Below are positions 56,269 to 63,447 of a DNA stretch of 64,000 nucleotides, piece by piece. The translations under genes and the position numbers were made by a program. The DNA is from an uncultured Aquificales bacterium (GTDB taxonomy: Bacteria; Thermosulfidibacterota; Thermosulfidibacteria; Thermosulfidibacterales; Thermosulfidibacteraceae). How positions within the stretch are numbered: the first letter of the stretch is position 1; every line of letters starts with the position of its first letter. The notes under the pieces were generated by a model, which was not told the origin of the DNA, ran no database searches, and worked only from the letters and a program-made list of their open reading frames with translations. The stretch spans positions 7,508 through 71,507 of the forward strand of contig CAYPLO010000001.1 in the NCBI GenBank assembly GCA_964411615.1, read 5' to 3'.

Positions 56269-58668
56269 TCAGATGGCCTTGGTCATGCCCACCACGAAGG
56301 GCTTGAGGGGCCTGGGCCCTGAGACCCTCCTTATCCTGCAGGCGCAAATCTTGTACTCTGGCTCCTTGGAGCCGGGGTCAAAGGCGTCCTTTGTGATTCT
56401 GTTTGCCATCCTCTCTTCGGCCATGTCATGCCAGTAGATGAAGACCATACCCTCTATGGGCCCCTCCACCACCTTGGCGGGAAGGAGCAGCTTGCCCCTT
56501 CTGGTCTCCACCTCAACCATATCGTTGGGCCTTATGCCCAGTCTTCTGGCGTCCCTGGGGTTAATCTCAACGTAGGCGTAGGGGTTGGCCCTGAGGAGCT
56601 CTGCTATCCTGCCCGTCATGCTGGTTGTGTGCCAGTGGTCTATAACCCTGCCTGTGGATAGGTAGAAGGGGTACTCCTTGTCGGGCTCTTCAGCCGCTCC
56701 CTTGTAAGGCCTGAGCCATATGTATGCCTTTCTGTCCTTGTGGGCCGGCCCGTAGAACTGGTAGGGCTTGTTGTCAATGGCGTGCTTGTCTGCCAGCGGG
56801 TCTATGCCCCTTACGAACTTCTTGTATGTGCCTCCCTTCAGGGCTATCTCCTTGGTCGGAGCGGGCCACTGGACTCCATCGGGCCTCTTCATAAGAACCT
56901 CGTAGGTGGCGCCTGACAGGTCGTTGTCCCTTCCCTTGGTGAGCTTCTGGGTGTACTCCTCCCATATGGCCTTGGGAAGCTCAAAGCCCTCTTCCAGCCC
57001 TATGAAGGGCTCAACCAGCTTCTTGATAACCGGATCCTTAAGGTACTTTGCGAGCCTCAACGCCCACTCCCTCACTATCCACACCTCTGGCTTCGCCTCT
57101 CCTGGTGGGTCTATGGCCTTTACGGTGAGCTGAGACCTCCTTTCGGTGCATCCGTAGACCCCTGTCTTCTCAAAGTGGAAGGCTGTGGGAAGCACCAGAT
57201 TGGCAAGCTCCGTGGTCTTGGTGGGGAATATATCCGTAACAACTAAGAACAGGTCCTCCCTCCTCAGCCCCTTCCTGTAAAAGTCGCAGTTGGGCAGGCT
57301 CTGGGCCGGGCTTGTGCAGTTCACCCAGAGGGCCTTTATCTTACCCTCGTTTACCGCCCTGAACATGGCTATTGTGTGGTAGCCTGGCTTAGGAGGTATC
57401 CTGCCCTCAGGCACCCCCCAGAGCCTCTCCACCTCGTGGCGGAGCTTTGCCACCTTCACAGGTCTATGGCCTGGAAGTATATGGCACAGGCCGCCTCCCT
57501 CCCTCACACCTCCGCAGGCGTTGGGCTGGCCCGTGAGGGAGAAACTGTCGGCTCCGGGCTTGCACAACTGTCCCGTCAGTAGGTGCAGGTTGTGTACCAG
57601 ATTGTTGGCCCACACCCCCTTGGACCTCTGGTTCAGTCCCATGGTCCACATGGACATGGTGCCCTTGGACTTTGCGAACCACCTGGCGGCCTGTCTTATC
57701 TTCTCGGGGGTTATGTTGCCCCCGCATATCCTCGCCGCCTTTTCAGGGGTGTACTGTTCAAGGAACCTCTTGTAGTCCTCAAAGCTGACAGTCTTGCCCT
57801 TGCCCACCTTGAACTTGCAGTAGTCCTCTATGAAGCCCTTATCGTAGAGCTTCTCCTCTATAATCACGTAGGCCATGGCGTTCAGCAAAGCCAGGTCCGT
57901 TCCCGGTCTGAACTGCAGATGCAGGTCCGCTATCCTGGAGGTGGGGGACACCCTGGGGTCTGCCACAATCACCTTCACCTCATCGGGATGGTCCAGCTTC
58001 CTCCTCATAACCCTCCTGAACAGGACGGGATGGGCCTCCGCCATGTTGCTTCCTATGATGAAGAAGCAGTAAGCCTTCTCTATGTCCTCGTAGGCCCCTA
58101 TGGGTTCGTCTGCCCCGAAGGATGTGAGGTAGCCTCCCACGGCACTTGCCATACAGAGCCTGGGGTTCCCCTCAACGTTGTTGGTCCTCAAACCCGCTCT
58201 GAATATCTTCTGAAAGAGGTAGGTCTCCTCTGTAAGGGCCTGTCCAGAACCGTAATAGGCCACCGAATTGGGCCCGTACTTCTTTACCGCCTCTGCGAAC
58301 TTCTTGGCGGCTATGTCAAGGGCCTCCTCCCAGGATATCTCCCTGAAGGGCTGGTCCTTCCTCTCCCTGTACAGGGGCTTTTTGAGCCTGTCGGGATGGT
58401 ACATTATCTTGTAAAAGAGCATGCCCTTCATGCATAGGAATCCGAAGTTGGTCTTGGAGTCGGGAACTCCCCTTATGGCCACGGGTTTACCGTTTTTGAT
58501 GCCAAGCTCAACCCTGCATCCCACACCGCAGAACCTGCAAGTACCTCTGACCCATCTGTCGGCGGTCTCCTGGGCCCTTGCACCCTCTATCTTAAGGTTC
58601 ATCCCCACCATAGATGCGGCTGTTATGGCCGCCATCTTCTTGAGGAAATCCCTTCTTCTAATATCCAT
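56269..58668 (-). CDS. napA: periplasmic nitrate reductase catalytic subunit NapA
   Basis: Tat signal MDIRRRDFLKKMAAITAASMVG. [4Fe-4S] motif CRFCGVGCRV. Mo-bisPGD enzyme length of 799 aa. Flanked by napG, napH and napD. No in-frame stop. Confidence 0.9.
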   Translation of the reverse strand: MDIRRRDFLKKMAAITAASMVGMNLKIEGARAQETADRWVRGTCRFCGVGCRVELGIKNGKPVAIRGVPDSKTNFGFLCMKGMLFYKIMYHPDRLKKPLYRERKDQPFREISWEEALDIAAKKFAEAVKKYGPNSVAYYGSGQALTEETYLFQKIFRAGLRTNNVEGNPRLCMASAVGGYLTSFGADEPIGAYEDIEKAYCFFIIGSNMAEAHPVLFRRVMRRKLDHPDEVKVIVADPRVSPTSRIADLHLQFRPGTDLALLNAMAYVIIEEKLYDKGFIEDYCKFKVGKGKTVSFEDYKRFLEQYTPEKAARICGGNITPEKIRQAARWFAKSKGTMSMWTMGLNQRSKGVWANNLVHNLHLLTGQLCKPGADSFSLTGQPNACGGVREGGGLCHILPGHRPVKVAKLRHEVERLWGVPEGRIPPKPGYHTIAMFRAVNEGKIKALWVNCTSPAQSLPNCDFYRKGLRREDLFLVVTDIFPTKTTELANLVLPTAFHFEKTGVYGCTERRSQLTVKAIDPPGEAKPEVWIVREWALRLAKYLKDPVIKKLVEPFIGLEEGFELPKAIWEEYTQKLTKGRDNDLSGATYEVLMKRPDGVQWPAPTKEIALKGGTYKKFVRGIDPLADKHAIDNKPYQFYGPAHKDRKAYIWLRPYKGAAEEPDKEYPFYLSTGRVIDHWHTTSMTGRIAELLRANPYAYVEINPRDARRLGIRPNDMVEVETRRGKLLLPAKVVEGPIEGMVFIYWHDMAEERMANRITKDAFDPGSKEPEYKICACRIRRVSGPRPLKPFVVGMTKAI

Positions 58669-58694
58669 GGCGTCCCTCCTTTAAGCCTTTGCTT

Positions 58695-59090
58695 CTATCT
58701 GTGAACAGTGAACTTGTGCTCGGGATGGCAGCTCCAGCAGCTCATCCCCTTGGGAGAGTGGGCCACTTCCCTGGCGTGGCAGGCTTCGCACTTCTTCATT
58801 TCGGGAGTCACGTGGAAGTTTTCAAAGGTGCCGTGGCACTGGAAGCACTTCACGTTTGCTATGCCGTGGACGGAGTTGAACCACTCTTTGTAAATATCGG
58901 GGGTGGCCTGCATGTGGCACTGGCTACACGCTATGAGCTTCTCCTGGGGGGAGAGTTCCGGATGTTTCTCCACAGTCGCTTTTGGTGCCTTGGCAGGTGA
59001 GGCTTTGACCTTGGCTTTGTTTGCGCTTTCACAAGCAAGCAGTGCAAACGTGAACACCGTTATAGTTATAAGAAACCACTTCACCCTCAC
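58695..59090 (-). CDS. periplasmic tetrahaem c-type cytochrome (NapM-like position, first gene of the nap operon)
   Basis: GTG start after GGAGG. Signal or lipoprotein-like N-terminus (ALLAC). Four CXXCH motifs: CSQCH, CFQCH, CEACH, CWSCH. 131 aa. Confidence 0.75.
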   Translation of the reverse strand: MRVKWFLITITVFTFALLACESANKAKVKASPAKAPKATVEKHPELSPQEKLIACSQCHMQATPDIYKEWFNSVHGIANVKCFQCHGTFENFHVTPEMKKCEACHAREVAHSPKGMSCWSCHPEHKFTVHR

Positions 59091-59163
59091 CGTGAACCTC
59101 CTTGCCTGGCGTTTTTGTTTGTATTATTGAAGCTGATGAGTTTAGAAATGGCAACATCAGAGG

Positions 59164-60687
59164 ATGGTTAAAAAAATTAACATACGTTTTAAGATTATCG
59201 TCTCACTTCTGGTGTCTTTATCCCTGCTCTGGGGTCTGTTCTTCTACTGGTACGACAGCAAGCGGGAAGAGGAGGCTGTTAGCTACCTTTTGAGGCAGGC
59301 CCAGGGCATATACAGGACCGTTGTTCTTGCAAGACACTGGATATCTGCCCAGGGGGGTATATACGTGAAGACCTCTGGGGGTATGGAGCTTGTTACCCCA
59401 TCCCATTTTGTGGCAAGCCTGGCCCTTTTCGCAAGGACCTTGGGCAACTACAGGATAAAGATAGCCGTTGAGAACGCCAAGAATCCTGCTCATTTGCCTG
59501 ACGATTTTGAGAGAAGGGCGCTTAGGGTTCTGGAAGATTCTTCAGGGTACTGGGAGCTACAGAAGGATGGGAAGCACTACCTCTTCAGATATGCTGCTCC
59601 CCTTCTCTTCCGTAAGGAGTGCTCAAGGTGCCACTACTCTTACGAGAGGGAGAACAGAGGCTGTGTGAGTGTCTCCCTCCTTGCAGACGATGTTGTGAAG
59701 GTGATGCACAGGGACAGGGTGTACATGGGGATGTTCTCTTTCGCTTCCTTAGGGCTGGTATTTGTGATGCTGTATTTCGTTATAAACAGGTACGTGATAA
59801 GGCCACTTTACGAGTTCGTCTCTGTCTCCAGGAGGATAGAGGAGGGGGACCTTGATGCCAGGGTCTCCGTCTCAACCAGGGATGAGTGGGAGATTCTCGC
59901 CAGAAGCTTCAACAGCATGGTGGACAAGCTTGCCAATGTGCAAAGGGAGCTTGAGGAGAGGGTGAGGGAGGCCATTGGTGAGCTTAAGAGTGCCTACGAG
60001 GAGCTTAAAAAAACGGAGCAGTACAGAAGCGAGTTCTTCTCCAACGTAACCCACGACCTGAAGACCCCCATAACCGCCATAAAGGGCATAGGGGAGCTCA
60101 TGGTTAGGAAGGGTGGGGATTTTGAGAGGTACGGCCGCATGCTTTTGAGAAACGGGGAGAAGCTCTTGAGGATGGTGGACGATATACTGGACTGTACCAG
60201 AATAGACTACGGAAAGTTCCAGCTTGAGCTGGCCGAGGAGGACATATGTCAGCTGGTGGAGGATGCGGTTCTGGTTGTCTTGCCCATAGCGGAGGTAAAA
60301 GGGGTGCGTGTGGAGATGCCCTGCTGTGAGGGGATTGTTGCCAGGGTGGACGGACACAAGCTCTTCAGGGCCATAGTGAACCTCCTTGACAACGCCGTGA
60401 AGTTCTCTCCGGAGGGTGGGGTGGTTTCGGTTGAGGTTAGAAGGGATGGCGGAGACATAATCGTATCGGTTGAGGACCAGGGAGAGGGGGTGAAGGAGAA
60501 GGATAGGGTCTTTGAGAAGTTCTATAAAGGTGAGGGGGGAGGACTTGGGCTTGGACTGTTTGTGGTGAAGAAGGTTGCCGAGGCTCATGGTGGAAAGGTG
60601 TGGGTTGAGGACGTGGAGGGAGGTGGGAGCAGGTTCTGTATCTTCATCCCGGAGGGTCCGGATGAGGCCAAAGATACTGGTGATTGA
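59164..60687 (+). CDS. sensor histidine kinase with an extracytoplasmic DUF3365 (Tll0287-like) domain carrying a CXXCH haem-c motif, HAMP, HisKA and HATPase domains
   Basis: TM1 IIVSLLVSLSLLWGLFFYW. Sensor-domain motifs NAKNPAHLPDDFERRAL and FRKECSRCHYSY. TM2, then HAMP (RPLYEFVSVSRRIEEGDLDARV), H-box FFSNVTHDLKTPITAI, N-box NLLDNAVKFSP, and G-boxes DQGEGV and GGGLGLGL. Confidence 0.82.
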   Translation: MVKKINIRFKIIVSLLVSLSLLWGLFFYWYDSKREEEAVSYLLRQAQGIYRTVVLARHWISAQGGIYVKTSGGMELVTPSHFVASLALFARTLGNYRIKIAVENAKNPAHLPDDFERRALRVLEDSSGYWELQKDGKHYLFRYAAPLLFRKECSRCHYSYERENRGCVSVSLLADDVVKVMHRDRVYMGMFSFASLGLVFVMLYFVINRYVIRPLYEFVSVSRRIEEGDLDARVSVSTRDEWEILARSFNSMVDKLANVQRELEERVREAIGELKSAYEELKKTEQYRSEFFSNVTHDLKTPITAIKGIGELMVRKGGDFERYGRMLLRNGEKLLRMVDDILDCTRIDYGKFQLELAEEDICQLVEDAVLVVLPIAEVKGVRVEMPCCEGIVARVDGHKLFRAIVNLLDNAVKFSPEGGVVSVEVRRDGGDIIVSVEDQGEGVKEKDRVFEKFYKGEGGGLGLGLFVVKKVAEAHGGKVWVEDVEGGGSRFCIFIPEGPDEAKDTGD

Positions 60688-61336
60688 GGATGATGCGGAT
60701 ATACAGGAGGTCTTGAAGGAGCACCTTGAGCTTGATGGGTATGAGGTTTTCTGCGCCTCAACAGGGAAGGAGGGGGAGCGGCTGTTTGAGGAGAAATCCC
60801 CCGACCTTGCCATAGTGGATGTGAACCTTCCAGATATAACGGGATTTGAGGTGTGTGGTTTCATAAGGTCAAAGAGCGACATTCCCATAATAGTGCTCAC
60901 TGTGAGGGGGGAGCTTGAGGATAAACTCAAGGGATTTGAGTGTGGGGCGGATGATTATGTGACCAAGCCCTTTGAGTACCTTGAGCTTGCAGCGAGAGTC
61001 AGAGTTCACCTCAAAAGGAAAAAGAGGCCCGAGGTGATAGAGTGCGGGGATGTGAAGGTCTTTACAAAGGACAGAAAGGTCCTGGTTGGGGATAGGCCTG
61101 TAAGGCTTACCAAGAGGGAATACGAGCTTCTGGAGCTTCTCGTTCTCAATGCCGGGAAGGTGCTGAGCAGGGATTACATCAAGTCCCGCCTCTGGGGGGA
61201 GGATGAGCTGTACCCCTGGAGCAGGGCCATAGATGTTCACATAAAGAGGCTAAGGGAGAAGATAGAGCCCGACCCTTCAAACCCTAAGTATATTATAACC
61301 TGTGTAGGCAAAGGGTATATGTTTCGGGCCTGTTAA
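60662..61336 (+). CDS. OmpR/PhoB-family response regulator
   Basis: ORF 60575..61336 trimmed to ATG 60662 (MRPKILVIEDDADIQEVL). Receiver Asp in LAIVDVNLPDITG. Winged-helix C-terminus LTKREYELLELLVLNAGKVLSRDYI...IDVHIKRLREKIE. Overlaps the kinase end by 26 nt. Confidence 0.88.
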   Translation: MRPKILVIEDDADIQEVLKEHLELDGYEVFCASTGKEGERLFEEKSPDLAIVDVNLPDITGFEVCGFIRSKSDIPIIVLTVRGELEDKLKGFECGADDYVTKPFEYLELAARVRVHLKRKKRPEVIECGDVKVFTKDRKVLVGDRPVRLTKREYELLELLVLNAGKVLSRDYIKSRLWGEDELYPWSRAIDVHIKRLREKIEPDPSNPKYIITCVGKGYMFRAC

Positions 61337-61384
61337 GAAAGTTAACGACGCCGTCTATGGCATTTGCCCACATATGATGCTATC

Positions 61385-61413
61385 TTGATTTGTGCGAAAA
61401 ACAAAAGTATTTT
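61385..61413 (+). promoter_or_regulatory. candidate sigma70-type promoter for the tetrahaem/octahaem cytochrome pair (TTGATT-N17-TATTTT)
   Basis: TTGATT at 61385-61390 and TATTTT at 61408-61413, then about 20 nt to AAGGAGGTG and ATG 61440. Pattern match only. Confidence 0.4.
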
Positions 61414-61439
61414 TAAAACCAGTACCCCGAAAGGAGGTG

Positions 61440-61988
61440 ATGGTATTGGGCAAGGCTCTTATTGGCTTTGTTGTAGGGGCTTTATTGTGCGGTATTGTGG
61501 CCCTTGTCTCCTTTGCAAAGGTGGAGGAGACCAGCGAGGTGAAGTTCTGTGCCTCCTGCCATGAGATGCAGGTCTTCTACGATACCTGGAAGACGTCCGC
61601 CCATGGTATATCCCACAGGGGGGTGATAAGGGCCCGCTGCGTTGATTGCCACCTGCCCCACGGGAACTTCGTGGATTATCTGATTACTAAGGCGGTGGCC
61701 GGGATGAGCGATTACTACGCCCACATGACGGGAAAGAAGGCCAAGCTTTCCAGCTGGTTGGAGGAACTTGAGAGTAGGAGGAATGTTGAAAAGCCTGCCT
61801 TTGTCTATGAGTCCGGCTGCAGGAAGTGCCATAAGGAGCTTGTGGGTAACGGTATCCCCCTTAAGGCCTTCCTCGCACACAGGTCCTATCTTCTGGGGGA
61901 GACTGACAAGACCTGTGTATCGTGCCACAGGAATGTGGGGCACGGAGATGTTATAGCCTACCTCAGGGCTAAGGTTGGGAAAAAATAA
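61440..61988 (+). CDS. membrane-anchored tetrahaem cytochrome c of the NapC/NirT/NrfH quinol-dehydrogenase family
   Basis: ORF 61392..61988 trimmed to ATG 61440 (AAGGAGGTG directly upstream). N-terminal TM helix [19 protein letters not shown]. Four CXXCH motifs: CASCH, CVDCH, CRKCH, CVSCH. Confidence 0.85.
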   Translation: MVLGKALIGFVVGALLCGIVALVSFAKVEETSEVKFCASCHEMQVFYDTWKTSAHGISHRGVIRARCVDCHLPHGNFVDYLITKAVAGMSDYYAHMTGKKAKLSSWLEELESRRNVEKPAFVYESGCRKCHKELVGNGIPLKAFLAHRSYLLGETDKTCVSCHRNVGHGDVIAYLRAKVGKK

Positions 61989-62009
61989 TCCCTTAAGGAG
62001 GTGGTGGGT

Positions 62010-63377
62010 ATGAGAGGTTTTATGCTATCTTTGTTTGCACTGTTGCTCTCCCTTGGCGTGGCCTGGGGTCAGTACTATCCGAACCTCGCCAAGAGCACCA
62101 ATCTCGTTATCAAGAGGGGCTTTTCCAAGGAGGCCCTCCAGTGTATTGAGTGCCACGCCAAGAAGACCCCTGGGATTGTGCTTCAGTGGAAGCAGAGCCG
62201 CATGGCCCATGCCGGTGTCTCCTGCTACGACTGCCATGTGGTGCCCAAGAGCTCTCCAATGGCCAGCCAGTGTGAGGGTGTGAAGGGAACCAACATCTAC
62301 ACCTCCCCCATGGTTTCACCCAAGACCTGCGCCAAGTGCCATCCCACAGAGGCTGAGCAGTTCAGCAAGAGCGCCCACGCCAGGCTTGCATCCCGTCCTG
62401 TGGTTGAGGTTCCCAAGCTGAGGAAGCTGCAGGAGTTCTTTGAGGGCGGAGAGTTTGCAGGTCTTCCCAAGGGGGACCCGAGGACCACAGCTACCAGAAG
62501 AACGGGCTGTCAGATGTGCCATGGTTCTCAGGTGAAGCTGGGTCCCGATAAGAAGCCCCTCAGCGATGGCTGGCCCGGTGGTATAGGAACTCGCTATCCC
62601 GATGGTGGAGTTGGAAACTGTGTAGTCTGTCACTACAGGCACAGGTTCTCCATTGAACAGGCGAGGAAGCCCGACACCTGTGGAAGGTGCCACCTTGGTC
62701 CCGACCATCCGGACATAGAGATTTACCTTGAGAGTGCCCATGGTCAGCTCTACCTTGCCCACGGTGAGAAGTGGAGATGGGACAGTGCTCCTGATGCCTG
62801 GGAGCCTGGAGACTATGAGGCTCCTACCTGTGCCGTCTGCCACATGAGCGGTATAGGGGACCTGAAGACAACCCACAACGTTGGCGAGAGGCTCTACTGG
62901 GACCTAATGCACAAAAAGAGCGAGGTCAGGGGGACGCCTGAGTACCTGAAGAAGCCCTTTGCCGGGCCTGAGCGCGGTTATGGTCCCAAGGGCAGAAAAC
63001 TCATGATGAAGGTCTGCTCCAACTGTCATTCCAGCGTCCATACAAAGAACTTCTTCCAGAAGCTTGACGATGCGGTTAAGCTTTACAACTACTATTACGA
63101 CAAAGCCTTTGCTATGCTGCAGGACCTGAAGAAGAGGGGACTCCTCAAGAAAGACCCATGGTCCGACGGATTCCAGGAGCTCTACTACTACTTCTGGCAC
63201 CACACCGGAAAAAGGGCCAGGCAGGGTGCGGCCATGGACGGACCCGATTACGCCCACTGGCATGGTTTCTTCCAGATGTTCCAGGTCTACAAGGATATGG
63301 AGGCTATATACAAGTGGAGGATAAAGCATAATAAGATTGAGGAGCTCTCCACCGTCATGTCCTCTGCTCCCTATTGA
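62010..63377 (+). CDS. periplasmic octahaem cytochrome c of the hydroxylamine-oxidoreductase (HAO) family, probably the reductive epsilon-HAO-like type
   Basis: ORF 62001..63377 trimmed to ATG 62010 (AAGGAGGTGG upstream). Signal peptide. Eight CXXCH motifs: CIECH, CYDCH, CAKCH, CQMCH, CVVCH, CGRCH, CAVCH, CSNCH. About 455 aa. Confidence 0.8.
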   Translation: MRGFMLSLFALLLSLGVAWGQYYPNLAKSTNLVIKRGFSKEALQCIECHAKKTPGIVLQWKQSRMAHAGVSCYDCHVVPKSSPMASQCEGVKGTNIYTSPMVSPKTCAKCHPTEAEQFSKSAHARLASRPVVEVPKLRKLQEFFEGGEFAGLPKGDPRTTATRRTGCQMCHGSQVKLGPDKKPLSDGWPGGIGTRYPDGGVGNCVVCHYRHRFSIEQARKPDTCGRCHLGPDHPDIEIYLESAHGQLYLAHGEKWRWDSAPDAWEPGDYEAPTCAVCHMSGIGDLKTTHNVGERLYWDLMHKKSEVRGTPEYLKKPFAGPERGYGPKGRKLMMKVCSNCHSSVHTKNFFQKLDDAVKLYNYYYDKAFAMLQDLKKRGLLKKDPWSDGFQELYYYFWHHTGKRARQGAAMDGPDYAHWHGFFQMFQVYKDMEAIYKWRIKHNKIEELSTVMSSAPY

Positions 63378-63403
63378 TTTTCGATGACAATTTGGGTGAT
63401 ATC

Positions 63404-63435
63404 GGGGAGGCTACATGCCTCCCCATTTTTATTTT
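63404..63435 (+). terminator. rho-independent terminator after the octahaem cytochrome gene
   Basis: Stem GGGGAGGC (63404-11), loop TACAT, stem GCCTCCCC (63417-24), followed by ATTTTTATTTT. Confidence 0.8.
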
Positions 63436-63447
63436 GGAGGGTTGTCT

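Noticed and set aside
56269-58668. Selenocysteine (in-frame TGA) or a pseudogene break in the Mo-bisPGD enzyme, and the alternative call as formate dehydrogenase.
   Set aside because: The frame is uninterrupted for 799 codons. The Tat signal, the CRFCGVGC cluster motif and the napG/napH/napD neighbours all fit NapA. No SECIS-like context was needed.
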